Under the pieces are notes generated by a model. The model saw only the letters and a program-made list of their open reading frames with translations. It ran no database searches and was not told where the DNA came from. Positions 39,779-54,100 of a stretch of 64,000 bases of DNA are shown piece after piece. This DNA comes from the human T2T-CHM13v2.0 reference genome, Homo sapiens: the NCBI RefSeq assembly GCF_009914755.1, contig NC_060936.1. One strand, 5' to 3'. The stretch's first letter is position 1. Each line of letters begins with the position of its first letter. The translations under genes were made by a program, and so were the position numbers.

Positions 39779-40715
39779 CTAGAAGAGAAGCACAGGATGA
39801 TGGGAAAGGTTACATCTCGAATTTTGCAAGATTCACAGGTGTTCTACAGGGAAAGGGGACTTCTCACCACACCCCATGCATCCCCTAGGTTAGCTCGTCA
39901 GCTACCATCTGTGAAGCTGCTGGAAGGGGAGGAAGGTGTAAGGGGAGGCAGGGTTGTTACCACACAGAGCAACAGCCATGAACTCAATATAGAAGAGCCC
40001 CTTTTTTTCTTCCCTAGCATCCTTCAAGACTTAATGCTAATTTAGTTTACACATGCCAGGTACTTCAATGTGATATTTTGGTATTCTTATGCCCTCCATC
40101 TCCTATAAATACATTGCTTATATTCACAAGCTTTCTCAATTTCGGTAACCAGAAGTAATTGTTTCAATACAATCTTACCTATACCACTCCCAGCACATTG
40201 AAATACTGTGTGTAGGGGAAAGAAAAATCACAATGATTGAATCTGATATTTCTATATCTGTAGTTAGACACAGGCAAGTGTTTTATCCAGTTCTGTCTCT
40301 GCAGTATCTCTAATGTGTGTTTATCTCCATCATCAATGCTGATCCACTAGGTAGAGCAAGGCCACCATCATCCCTGTGTACTTACTGAGATCAGTTTAGG
40401 ATCTTCACAGCTGGACTTTCCTGAATCTGCCTTGCATTCACCACTGCATCCTTCACAGCACAGTTCTATCTCTCTATAAATGCAAATCTTACCTTCTCAT
40501 TCCCCTGGTACAAATTCTTTATTGGATTTTCATTGTACATTAAATAAATTAGAAGCCCTTGGTGTGGAATGAGGGCACAACAGGTCTCCTGATCCTAGGC
40601 ATGAAACCTCTGCAGCCCCATCTGTGTTTTCATTCTCCTCTCTTCCCCATAATTACAACTATCACCTCCTAAGCCCCAAGCAGAGTCACCACATCTTCTC
40701 CTCCTTCTGTCTTAC

Positions 40716-40779
40716 CTTCATTTAAGCTCTGAGCTGAGCTCAGGGCCAGCAGGGCCACCGACAGCAGAATCAGTAGCAT
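40716..40779 (-). CDS. PRB3: PRB3 coding exon 1 (signal peptide MLLILLSVALLALSSA + QSLNE)
   Basis: ATG at 40779; phase-1 donor G|GTAAG at 40716/40715. Confidence 0.97.
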
Positions 40780-40838
40780 CTTGCTGGAGGCTCTGGAGTC
40801 ACTCCCAACTCTGTGCTGGGAGAACCATGGCAGCTCCC

Positions 40839-40846
40839 TTTATAAA
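40839..40846 (-). promoter_or_regulatory. PRB3 TATA box
   Basis: TTTATAAA about 60 nt upstream of the ATG. Confidence 0.85.
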
Positions 40847-43625
40847 GAGGAGCAGAACAGTGGCACCTTTGAGCTCCACACTGGGTGGGCCTCACCACCC
40901 CAGAGACTGGGTTCTGCTTTCCTTACTGCAGGTCAGGTGTATCCCTTATTTCTGTCTGGGACTCTAGCCCAGAGGAACAGGTTGGGTTGGATGTTGTTTG
41001 TACCTTATTTCTAAAAGGTACAACTATGACTTGAACAAAGGTTTTAAAGGAACTGTGTCCAAGCAATCAGCACGGTGTCATAATTGAACTTCAGACGTCA
41101 TTAGAGTTTCAATCTTTTTGGTAAGACTATTGTCCACTTTCAACTTTGCTATTTATTTCTGTGTATGTGTGTGTGGGCAGTGAAGCTACAGCCAGCGGTG
41201 ATGATGATCAATATCTCTGGCTGTTTTTATAGCCTATTTCCATCTCTCGTGATGTGTGTGTACAGAGAGTATCACATTTAGCTTAACTTTTGATGCGATA
41301 GAGATAGTTTCTGCTATCTGGGAGATGTTTGAGGACAGCACACTCCTGGGCACACAGATGACAGAAGGCTGCCTCACAGCCTACTCAGGCTACAGCTATT
41401 GTTCATGCTTCTGTGGATCTCACTCAAGTCAGGAAAGGCTTCTTGTTGTGCAACACAGGAAGGCCAAAATTGTGTATTTTAAAGTATCTTTAGGGGTTAT
41501 GAATGCAAAATGGACACACAAACCACGAGGAAATTTCTAGACCTGAGAAAACTGAATATATAGTTCCTTGCAGGAACCATGCAATATCATGTTGCCAAAA
41601 CTTCCTTCATGCTCTTCCCTTTCTCTAGAATATTCTACAAAATTCACCCTCTGCTTCATTTCTTTTAAGAATTGTATTGAATTCCTACCTCTGATAATTA
41701 AGTGGCTACAATTCTACATTCAAATAAGGTAATCAGATACCCTCATTAAAGCCTCAATTGCATTGTATTGGTTTTCTTGGTTTAGTCAGTATTTGTGTTA
41801 CCTGTTTTCTCAGATTGTTCTTCCACAAAGAGTATTTTTTCTACAATATTCTGATATGCATTCCTCCCTGACGTTCTTTCTGGTACTTCTTTGTTCATAT
41901 TTTATTTTCTGAGTCAAGCTCATTTTGTGTAATTTTCTTTATATATCTGGCTTTTTTCCCCAGGAATTTGGTAAGATTTCCTTTATTTAATCTTCTAAGT
42001 AATAAGCTATAATTCTCACCACCTTTGTTTCATTCTTGTCTGTGTAATTTCACAATAAATGTTGTGTTTCCAAAAAGCCCTCTCAGAGTCCTGCATTGTT
42101 AGCACTTCTTTTAGCTGCTGATTCTTCTGTTATACCTAGTAAATCCCTGCTCATCAGTTCATGGAATATACAGGTTAGTCAGTGAGTCAGCTGCCATTTA
42201 CCACTTAGACCTTCTGTGTGTCTTGTGTAATTGTTCACATTTTGTGCATGGCTGGTATTAATTTGAGGACAGCTTGGCTGGAGGTATGATGGAGGTAGAG
42301 AGGGTATGTGACAGTAAATCCTAAAGACAGACCTCTTGACCATTGTGGATGAGTGGATCCTGGACTGTGCAGATGAGGGTCTGGTCTGGCCCTTCTGAAG
42401 AGTTGGGGGTAATAGTACAGGAAGACTTCCTAATACAAAAGGCTTTGCTACAGATAACTTTGCCCTTGCAAGGGAACCAGGAAGATTGATATTTTCCCTG
42501 GCAAAAATATAGACATACTTGAAAGGGGAATATATTATTAATTGGAAATTATTTCTGGCTCTATGGAAAGTGGACTGGTTCTAGCTAGTCTTCATGAGTT
42601 TTATCTTAGGCAGAGAGTACTTGCTTGTGCCAGCAGGTCCCATTATATTATTGAGATTTCTATCTCTGGTCTCCTCCATAGGAACTGGAGATGACCAATC
42701 CTGCCTAGGTGTCTTAAGTTAGACCATCAGGTAACAAAGGAATGTCAGAAACAAGGAGCAGCAGAGAGGCCAGGCCAACATTGCCTGATGTTGTCGCCAA
42801 CTTAGGTTGCTGCAGGCCTGATACAAGAAAGATTTGTCCTTGGCAGGAGAGTAGAGGAAGACAACAGAAATGCCCCTAAAAGTCCCTTATCTCAGGCCCT
42901 TTCCCTGACTTTCTCCAATGTCAGCAATGAGTAAAGTGTATCAGGAAAGCATAAATATCAGCTATGCACTAACCAGACAAAACAAAAACAGAAGTGATGG
43001 AAATGTGGAAAGGGACACTGTCTGTGAGTGAGGGTGGGTGGAAGAGAGGAGCAGGACTGCAGCAGGAGATTGGGCATCTAGAGGTGAGTGGCAGCCCTCA
43101 GCACTCCACTTGCCTTCTAATATCCATGTTCATATTCTGAGGCCCTGAAGGAACAGTCTTCAACATATGAAATTTTAGGAAACACAATTCAGCTCTCATA
43201 ACAACTCCCAACCTTTTCTAAGTCACTAACAGGTGTTCAGTGGTTCAAAAATCCTCACTCCCTTCAGGCACTGTCCTTTAGCAAATTGAGTTGCCTCCAC
43301 TTTCAACACTCATCCCAAATAAAACCACTTGCATAATCTTTACTAGAAGGTGATAGTTCAGGCCACGATGCACTCTCCTGAAGAGCTTAATATCCTCAGC
43401 TGCTCTTGGTAACATTCCTACCCCAGCATTAGCTCTCTCACACCCACACATCTCTCTCTTTTTGAAGACTGGGAAGTTCTGTGAACGGAACAGAAAGCAG
43501 AATTTTCCTCAACTTACTGTGCTCATTGCATAAACCAGCCATTCTAATAATACGGTTGTGTGTGAGAATTCAGATTTGCTTGGAATTGTCTAAAAGCTTT
43601 GGTTACACTGATGTAATTGTCATCT

Positions 43626-43690
43626 TTATATTATATTATATTATATTATATTATACTATATATTATATGATAACATAATATATATTATGT
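43626..43690. repeat. (ATATT)n simple repeat
   Basis: ttatattatattattatattatattatattatactatatattatatg. Confidence 0.85.
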
Positions 43691-45483
43691 GATGGTCATC
43701 TTTATATTTTTATTTGATGTTGATGCTCTCTAAATATATATTTCACAATTATTTGAGCATATTTATATTCTTTCCATTTATCCTAGCAAAGGCTGATTAT
43801 AATAGAAAACACTTCTTCAGCATTTACTATGATATTCAGTCTTCAGAACTATCATATTAGGGAGGTGTGATTATTATTATTATCTTAATTTTGTAGATGA
43901 GGTGATTTAGGTGCGTGCCTAGGTTCATGTAAAGGTAGTGAGTGGAATGGAAGGCAGTCAGTTCTCAGATCTGAGTTCTTGCCTACTGTGCTTCACTGGT
44001 TACTTGGTCTTCATTCATTCATTTCTTTACAAGAAAGTGAAAGGAAATGAGATTCAGAGAAGAAAAACAAGTTTCTCTTAGAATATTTTCAAGGTTAAAT
44101 TTTCCTGAGACTTTAACAGCTGAGGTGAGAAAAAATATATTTTCCTGAGTAAACATGTTTGTTTGAAATCGTAATCACATTTAAAATGTCTTCTAGTATT
44201 CTGCTTTACCCCTTGCATTTATATAAAGATACTCAGGGGAATTAATTCCTTTTTTTCCTAGTTACAAAACTCTGTCAATGTAGATCCTGTATGTACTTCC
44301 TTAATCCATGCTACATGCATTTTTCTTGGGTAGCATATTAGCATTGGCAAAATTTGTGTATGCCCTTTTAAATTGACTAAATTTGATCCTTCTAATCACA
44401 ATGGAATTAACATTCTAGAAATCCAAGAGGGAGTCTGATCAGAGAGTTGTCTAAGAAAGGATAAATTGTACACCGCTTACACAGCTTTCATATTCTGCAT
44501 GAAGATGTCGCCTGTGTCCTGGCCCCAGAGCTGGTGTACCATCCTGAGTGGTTGGGGCTGTAGAAGGCATTGGTCATCAGCCTAAGGTCAAGTGTCTGTA
44601 GCCTCAGCTCACCACTGTTATCTCAATGTCAGAGTGTATTCTTGACCTTTCAGTTACACTTCCTAGCAGTTCATAGAGAAGTACAATCACAACTTATCTC
44701 ATAAGAAATACAAAGCAATGTATATCACCCTCGTATTTTCCTGATGATGTACCAAGTCGGTAAGCTGATACATTTAAGAGGAATTTCATTAAAGTGATTA
44801 ATCAATGACTCACTTATTAAACAGATAAACCTGTACCTATTTCTTACAAAAGACGTTTTCTCTTCTGCTTAAAAACCACAAATTATTATTTTATTTCATT
44901 GATATTGAAATCCACATGTATGCATATTTTTCATCTTGGGAATTGGAATGTGTGGCACGTTGTGTTTTTAAAAGTTGATCACGACAGAATCATTCATCTA
45001 ATGTTTTCTTACAATGGTACCTTGACATCCTCTCTTGAAGGGGTGAGGTCTGTTTTTACCCCCTTGAGCTTCGTTAGAACTTCGTTACTGCCATGACCAA
45101 TAGATTATATCAGAAGTGATACTTTATGACTTTTGAGTCTAGATCATAGAAATGCCATGCAATTCCAAACTGTTCTTTATGGAACCTGCCACATGCTGCG
45201 AGGAAGCCCATGCTGTGAGACAGGGATAGAACATTCATTTTAAAAATGATTGGATACAAAATTATCGCTAAACAATATTCAATAAACAAGTTTGTTTCAG
45301 TGACCCAATTCCTACCTATACCACATATTATATTTCTACACATGCATGGCTACATAGCTAAAGATTTATGGATTATTCCTATCTACCTTGCATAGTGATG
45401 TTTCAGATGCCTTAGCTCTTCTAGTACTTACAATAGCACTTTGAGGATTTTTTGCATTTATGTTCACTTTTCAAAGGTAGAAA

Positions 45484-46319
45484 TAAAATCTTAATATGAT
45501 TGAATGACTTTCCCTTGGACATACACTTCATAGGTAACAGCATAATGCAATGCAAGGAGAGCGACAGAGTGAGAGAGAGAGAGAGAGAGAGAGAAATGAG
45601 AAAATGACCTTATTCATGAAAACAATATAAAATACCTAGGAACAAAGAGCAAGAAATGCACAGAATTCAGCTGAAGAAGAATGATCAAACTTTAATGCAG
45701 AATATGCACTAAAATGTATATACATGTAAATTGGTAGGGACATGGATGAAGCTGGAAACCATCATTCTCAGCAAACTATCGCAAGGACAAAAAACCAAAC
45801 ACCACATGTTCTCACTCGTAGGTGGGAATTGAACAATGAGAACACTTGGACACAGGAAGGGGAACATCACACACTGGGGCCTGTTGTGTGGTGGAGGGAG
45901 GGGGGAGGGATAGTATTAGGAGAAATACCTAATGTAAATGATGAGTTAATGGGTGCAGCACACCAACATGGCACATGTATACATATATAACAAACCTGCA
46001 CGTTCTGCACATCTATCCTAGAAATTAAAGTATAATAAAACATATATATATTTAAAATAAAAATAAAAAGTAAAATCTTAATGTGATCAAGTGATTTTCC
46101 CTAAGACATACACTTCACAGGGAACAGCATAAGACAATGCAAGGAAAGAGACAGAGAGACACAGAGAGAGAGAGAGAGAGAAATGAGAGAATGACCTTAT
46201 TCATGAGAACAATATAAAATACCTAAGATCAAATAGCAAGAAATGCACAGGATTCAGTTGAAGAAGAATGATCAAACTTTGATGCAGAATATGCACTGAA
46301 ATGTATATACATGTAAATT
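45484..46319 (+). repeat. ~249-bp direct repeat (45484-45732 and 46071-46319) flanking the L1 fragment
   Basis: Both copies run taaaatcttaat...(GA)n...atgtatatacatgtaaatt; about 25 mismatches by manual count. Confidence 0.92.
45734..46070 (+). mobile_element. 5'-truncated L1PA4-6-type 3' end
   Basis: gtagggacatggatgaagctgg...gggagggatagtattaggagaaatacc...A-rich tail. Confidence 0.92.
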
Positions 46320-47879
46320 TTTGCACGGGAAATTGCAATATTCAAATAGGACTAATTTTCCAGGTGTTCTGGTGAAAATTGCACCACAGTCCCCTCTTCA
46401 TGTCTGATTTCAGCTTTGCTCATTCACAAACTCTTATTTTTCTATTTGTCATTCCATTTCCACAGTTTTGTTTACATTTGTTGTTTATTGTCATCTCTTC
46501 TTTCATTCTCTTCATCCTTGGGTATTAATTTCCTCTGTGCTTCTTTATTTTAATTTTACTGGGACATTAGGAAAGAGCAGAAATCAGTCCATGTTTATGT
46601 GTTCAATGCATTGTGCATTCCAATACCCTTAGTAGAGAGACAAATTCCTTATCACAGTCTATAGCGGGTTCTACAGATGATCTTTCTGTTTATGTCTCTT
46701 TCTATTTAAGTGTATTCAAGTGACTTTACAAGGCAGACTGCTATTACCTGTGTTCCTAATTTTATCGGAAGAATCTGCTGCTGTCTTTTCTTCCCTGGCT
46801 GCATTAGATGTAACAGGACCATGAGTTGATAATCACATGGTTATTTTTTACAATGTTATTGAATAAACATCTAGCAACAATTTTAAATGATGAATACATT
46901 TTTATACTCTAATAGTCTAACAAATATAATTTTTTAATAACAAATGTCCATTGTTTCAAGTCTGTTACTTATCCACCTTTAGAACTGCCAAAGCAAATCT
47001 CTCCATACTATTAAAAGAATCTTTTGTGCCTTTTAGTAAGCAGACATCATCAGAAACAGAAGTTTATGATATGATACATAAAGAGTTTGAATTTATCTCA
47101 CATTTTTACTAACCTTATTTTTTAGCTAAACTTGGTCTATATTCACATTTTCTTGACTGAAATATGCCTTTGTACATTTTTATTGAGCAATTAAAGGCTC
47201 ATTTAACCAGTCATCCTAACAACATGGACATATGGCTTTTGTCAGATTGGAATGATCTACAAAGCTTATGAGGCTTGACCTTTGGGGTCTTTCATGTGCA
47301 CAGGCCCTTTTCAAGACCCTGTTTTGAGTGAACAGAATAAAAAGAGATGTAAAAGCTTCAGGAACTAGCAGTGGTCTTCTTTATGCCAACTCCTTTACTC
47401 AAGCCTTTATGTATTTTTCTGTCTTCCACTGACCCATGGGGACCATAAGATTTCAAGAACTTCTCCTCCCTAAAACAAACTCCAATCATTTGAGGGATAT
47501 CTGATTTTTTTTCTGAAAAGAAGACTTGAGAATACCTATAGAAGCAAGTTTCTAAATAATCTGATTTTTATGTCTACAAATAATAGCTATCTTCCAGCAC
47601 TGCTGTAAATGTAATGTGGGATTGCAGATTGTACATGGAAGAATCTGAAAAATGTACTTTAGTGGCTAAACTGAAGGGCCTATTGATATGAGGTATGGCT
47701 TTAAATTCTTGCTCTTCTACTAGTTTTTCCTCTGCAGAACATACTCCCTGCAGAATGGTGCCTTCCCTTAGTATTTGTAGTGTTTCTACCTCTCAGCATG
47801 GAACAAATGGTCAATGTTAGCAATGGGTTCTTTCCTTTACAACTCACGATGTGGTAAGGAAAATTCTCATGTTTGTTTC

Positions 47880-49255
47880 TGTCTTTTCACCTTTGCATTC
47901 ATAATATAATCATCTTAAATACATATCTACAGGCACTTAGCACCACAGTAAGTTTTATAATTTTTGCTTCAACACAAATGTATTGTCTTTCAGTTTTGCA
48001 GCTCAGAAATCAGTACTGGGTCTCACTGGGTTGAGTCCATGTGTCATGGATGGAATTCCTTTCTGGAGGTTCTAGAGAAGAATCTCATTTTCTTGCCACA
48101 TTACCTGTCTTTCTTCCGTCTTCAAAGCTAGCAATACCAGTTGAGCCTTTTGAAACTCATGCAGAAAACTTGAGAAGAAAAGGAAGATATTTTTGTTAAT
48201 TTACTTTTTTCTCACTTTGTTTCTTTTATTCTACATTCTTGAATTTCCAGAAATTCCTTTTCTATCCTTTCTTTTATGTTGAGAAAGTTCCATCGAGCCA
48301 TTTTTAAAAGATTAGTTTGTTGGAAACAAATTCTTTTAGGTTTCCTTCTTTTCTTTCTTCTGAGAATACCTGAATTTCCTTTTTATTATGGAAGGACAGT
48401 TTTATTGGACATAAACATCTGGTTTGCAATTTTTTTTCCTTCAGCACTTTAAATATTTGAGTTACATTCTTCTTCATTTCCTGGTTTCTGATATTAACTC
48501 TATGGTTATCCACATTGTGTTTTTCCTATAATTATGATGCCATTTCTTGCTTGCTTTTTAAAAAATATTTTATTTGTTTTATTTTTCAGAAATTTGACTA
48601 TGGTGTTGCTGGGCATGTGTTTCCTTGAGTATATTATGATTGGAATTTTCCCACCTTCTTGCATTTGTAAGTCTATGTCCTTTGCAAGTGTGAGCATTTT
48701 TTGGCCATTATTTCTCTAAGTCCTTTTTTAATATCATCCTCATTGTTCTGTTTTCTGAAATTCAGATTGCATGATTGTCGCATCATTTGTTGTGGCCTTT
48801 CATATTTGTGAAACTATGTTAAATTTTTTCAATTGTTTTACCCTGTGTTGTTCAGAGTATAGAATTTCTATTATTGCAACCCCTAAACACTGACTGAGTC
48901 TTTCCTCAGTCATTTGCTTTCTGATAATTTTCACAGCCAATATGGTTTTTTCTTAATTTTAGACATTATATATGTCAGTTCTGAAATTTCTATTTTATAA
49001 TATTTTATAGTTCCTTTTTCTGCTGAGAAGTTTTTTCCCATTCTTTTCTGCTGAGAAGTTATTTCTCTCTTTATTTTGGAAATGTTCACATTTACCTCAG
49101 AAAAGATGGCTATAAGAGCTGCTTTAAAGTCTGATCATTTCCATATCCAAGTTGTTTCAAGGTTGTCATCCCTTGGTTGCATGCTTCATGAAGAATTGGT
49201 CAATTGTTTACGGTTTGTAAAAGTATATTGAGTAGTTTTCTATTGTATTCCTCAG
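47880..49255 (-). mobile_element. Ancient L1M fragments (inverted paralog of 15790-17420)
   Basis: Minus-strand ORFs 48304..48513 and 48506..48697 resemble L1 ORF1. Confidence 0.75.
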
Positions 49256-49744
49256 ATAGGCATTTTCTCAGTTTACAATACATGAAAAGTTCAATAAGGC
49301 AAGCTTTGGACATTGAAGGGTGCAGGCACTCAGGCTGCATTGTGATCCACCTACTGGCTCCACTGGCAGATGGGTTAGTCCCACTGACATTATTCTACTT
49401 GGAGCTTCTACGTGGATGATTCCCCTTGGCTCTTATGAGATAAAAGCATAAGTATTTCACATAATACACACTTATAAAATTAAAAACAATAGAAAAGTGC
49501 ACTGAATGAGTCCCAAGAGCCCTATCCACAACATCTTCCTAACTTTTCATCTTTTGTAACCCATTTGCTCAAAGCTCAATTGAACTCAAGCACTTCTTTT
49601 TTCTTTTGCCCTACAGGAACCGCAGAGTTTAACATTTGTTTCTTAGATGCTATCCCCGTAGCCAGGCAGCCCTGCTGTCTTCTGACTGGGGATTTACAGA
49701 ATGCAGGAAAATGAGGCAGAGGTAGAAAGAGTGACTATACACCT

Positions 49745-50035
49745 AGCATGCTGGCTCATGACTGTAATCCCACTACTTTTGGAGGCTGAGGTTGGAGGAC
49801 TATTGATGTCAGGAATTCAAGATCAGCCTGAGCAATGCAGTGAGACGTCCCCATGTATATAAGAAAATGTACAAAATCAACCTTGCATGGTGATTGGCAC
49901 CTGTAGTCCCATCTAATTCAGAAGGTGATCTGGAAGAATTGTTTGATCCCAGGAGTTCAAGACTGCAGTGAGCCATGATTGCACCACTGTACTCCAGCTT
50001 AAGAGACAGAGCAAGTCCCTGTCTCTAAAAAGAAA
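49745..50035 (+). mobile_element. Diverged AluJ (paralog of 14995-15298)
   Basis: ccaggagttcaagactgcagtgagccatgattgcacc; same flanks as the left-arm copy. Confidence 0.85.
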
Positions 50036-50749
50036 TAATACTAATAATAACATTAATAATAATAAATGACTGCTGCAACTGAAAAGGTTTTTTTCCCCCA
50101 CCTTGGCTTCTAGCCCCAGGGTCTACTTCCTTTCAAATGCATCTCCAATGTCTATGGATTCTACAGACTTGCAGTCTCTTCCTTTCTTTCCCCTCATGTG
50201 CCACTGTGGCTCTATCCTGTATCCTCAGCAAGCCTTCCCACACTCCGACAAAATCAAGTACAATGGTGAACTGAGCAAGTATGGGCAATAGAGCTATAAA
50301 TATTTATGTTTCTACCCTCCTTGATATTTTTACAATATTTGGAGATGGGTATGTAGGGCCTTTAGTCCTTCTTGGGCCAGGGTCATCTCAGCCTTAAAGG
50401 AACTGAAATCAGAGTAGAGGAAAAGAAGTGATAAGACAGATGTGAACAAAGCATCTTCATGCAAGTAAGCAAGATACATTTACTGGCTAATTCAAGCATT
50501 GTAACCGCAGCCTAAGACTCAAATGAATAAACACTGAATTTGAAGTCCCCCCAAAGGTGTGCAACAGCTTTGGGGGATTTTTAACACTTTACCTCCTGTT
50601 ATCTGTGGAATGGAGCAAAAACTAAGTGTTACATGGGAACTTGGTTTCAATTATACCACCTGGTACTCAGTTTACAACCATTTCCTAATCCTACTTCTTA
50701 ATGAGCTATATAAAAGGAAAAGATTTATTGACCACTTGTCATACATTTT

Positions 50750-51901
50750 GGTCAATGTGCCAGCTATTGATATGTGTTTTTTACATTATTAACTGAAGAA
50801 AAATGAATGCCTTTTACAAATGTTATAAGATTACAAAACAAAAAGAAATCCAAAGGAAACAAATTAGGGTTGTAATGTGCAAGCCTAATGATTTTCCATC
50901 AGAACTCTCATATAATTGCCCTGTTTGATAAGATAAATGAGCAGGAGCAAGGTTGTGGTGAAGGACTCTGCTGAAGCTTTCCCAGGGATTCCTATACTAA
51001 AGCTTTGGCTTTCTCAAAGTATTCTCAGAATAAGCAGTTATTGTCATTCTCCAGAAAGTCAACCAGCAAAATGACTTGAGCTTTCCAATAAACTCTTGCC
51101 ATGACCTTTGTGCTCTCCTCATCCACTTTTGTTTTGACTGGACTTTTCCACTTCTTGGTAGCCATTGCATTGATTGTATTTGTTTTCAGGATTTTACTGG
51201 TAAAGCCATGCGTTATCTCCTCTTATAATTCCTTGAAGAAATGCTTACAGTCTTCATTGCTCCTATTTAAATTTTTTAGGGAAACTTCTGCTCTTGTCTG
51301 TACTTCATCTTGGTGACACAGTTTGGGCATCCATCAAGTGAAAAGTTTACTAAACTTTAATCATTCAGTTAGAATCATGTAAACTGAACCAACTGAGAAG
51401 TCTGCAATGTTGGCTATTGTGTGAACTGCTAATCATCACACATCTTCTCCTGGGTATAAAGAAGATGAATTTATTCCTTGCAATATGATGTGAATCATCT
51501 GTCACTGTAGACTTTAGGTTCAACATTGCCTCATTCCTTCCTGAAATGAGGAACTCCTCATTGAATTTGTGAACTGCTGACTTCTACAACCAATGTCAAC
51601 TTACCATGTGCCAAGTAGGACAACTTTTTGGACACCATCAATGATTTTACCTTCTTCCACCCAAGCTTCACCATAAATTTGATGTTTTTACTCACTTTAC
51701 TTTTAGAAGAATTCATGTTGCTCTTCTAGGAGCTCTTTTGAAACTGCTCTCTTATTTTTCTTGATGCCTCAAACTAGCTCGTGTTCAGACATGTTATAGC
51801 AAAACATTATGATTTCATTTTGGTGCCAAAAAACTTGGAATCCATTCATGGTATTTCTTAATAGAATATACATTTTCCATTAACATTTTAACAACCCACT
51901 G
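50750..51901 (-). mobile_element. HSMAR2 mariner relic, copy 2 (3'-truncated at the same junction as copy 1)
   Basis: Reverse complement of 13174-14300, including the flanks. Confidence 0.9.
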
Positions 51902-52699
51902 CATATAGGAAGGCGTCCTGATACAACAAGCTCTACTACAGGTAACTTAGACTTTTCCAGCTGACTAGGCAGATTGGTTTGTTGTTTTTCTCCTAGCATA
52001 AATAGGAATGTTTTCTGAAGGTGGAATATAATACCAATGGCCAAATTTTCTCCAGCTACATGGAAAGTTTAACATTTGTAAGTAAGAGTCACATGCTTTA
52101 ATAGAGACACAGAGTGCTTGGGCCAACCTGGTGTCCTGATCTTATTGAATGATTTTCTCTGGTTTCACCAAACATTATTTGGAAAGATAAGCTGGCGATG
52201 AGCAGTCTGGCCTAGGTAGCTTACGATGGCCCATCAGGTAGGGAAGAAACACAAGAGAGAAGAAGCAGAGAGGAGTGCCAGGCAGATGTGCCTCCTTGTG
52301 GGAGTCAATAGTCCTGGTTGGAGGCAGGCTTCTTTTTGTCTACTGAGTACAGCAAGCCAAGAGGTGATGCTTCCAAATATCACTCTGCTCACACCCTATT
52401 CATGACCTTCTCCTATGTCAGAAATGCATGAAAGAGATTAGCACATCAGGAAGGAGTAAATATCAGGTATCAAGCTACCAGAGACAACCAAAACAGAGGT
52501 TACCAAAGAACTGAAGGAGACAGTGTCACTTAGGATGAGGTCAAAGCAAGGAGCAGGACTGCAACAGGAGCTTAGGCACTTGTCCATGAGTCAAGGACCT
52601 CAGTAATCCACTTGCCATTTAAAACAAATGTAAATTTACCATGTGCCAAGCAGGACTCTTGATTTCTACTCCTAAAACCTGCTCTCCCCTGAATTTCTT

Positions 52700-53050
52700 C
52701 ATCATAGCCGTCAAAACAAAATATCACAGACTAGGTATTCTTAAGCAATAGAAATTACTTTCCAACACTTCTGGATGCTCAAGTTCCATGAGGAAGGTGT
52801 CAGCAGGTTTAGTTCTTCTGGGCTGTGTCTGCTTGGCATCTAGGTATCTGCCTTCTTGCTGTGTCCTTCCATGGATGTGTATGTACTTCCTGTGTCTCTC
52901 TCTACAAATTTCCAGTTCTTATAAGGAATTTCCACTTCTTATAAGGACAGCAATCTTATTGGATTTAGTTCCACTGAAACTCCATCATTTCAGCTTGATA
53001 ACCTCTTCCTAGGGCTGTTTTCTAAACACAATCATATTCTAAGGGACAAG
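52700..53050 (-). mobile_element. MLT1 LTR (paralog of 11975-12370)
   Basis: ggaaggtgtcagcaggtt...cttataagga...aaacacaatcatattctaaggga. Confidence 0.8.
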
Positions 53051-53489
53051 AAGTTGGTTGTGGATTTTTGTATACCTATGCCTATCATATTTTGCTAAAT
53101 ATTTGATTATATAGAGATTATTTCTTTGGAACTTTGAGCTGTGTGAAGACAACACAAACCTGGCCATTCATGGCTGACAGAAGGTTGGCCCTCAGCCTGG
53201 TCAGACCCACACAGATTGTCTAATATTCTTTGATCTGGCTCTAGTCAGAAAAGTCTTGGTGTTGTAGAATACAGGTGTCTTCACGCATTGTATTATTAAT
53301 ATTCATGGGGAGGTTAAAACAAAGTTGGCCCCGAAAACTACCAAGGGGTTCTAGAATGAACAGAATGAATACACAGTTCTTAAAGGGGACATCCTATTTT
53401 GTCTTTAAATTTTTTTCCTTGCTCTACCCCTTTGTTAGAATGTTTGATCAGATTCAGTTTGGGATTTACATCTTTTAGGAAATTTTGTT

Positions 53490-54100
<611 letters not shown>

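Noticed and set aside
40826-40828. Upstream ATG of PRB3
   Set aside because: Only ~11 nt downstream of the TATA box, so probably upstream of the TSS.
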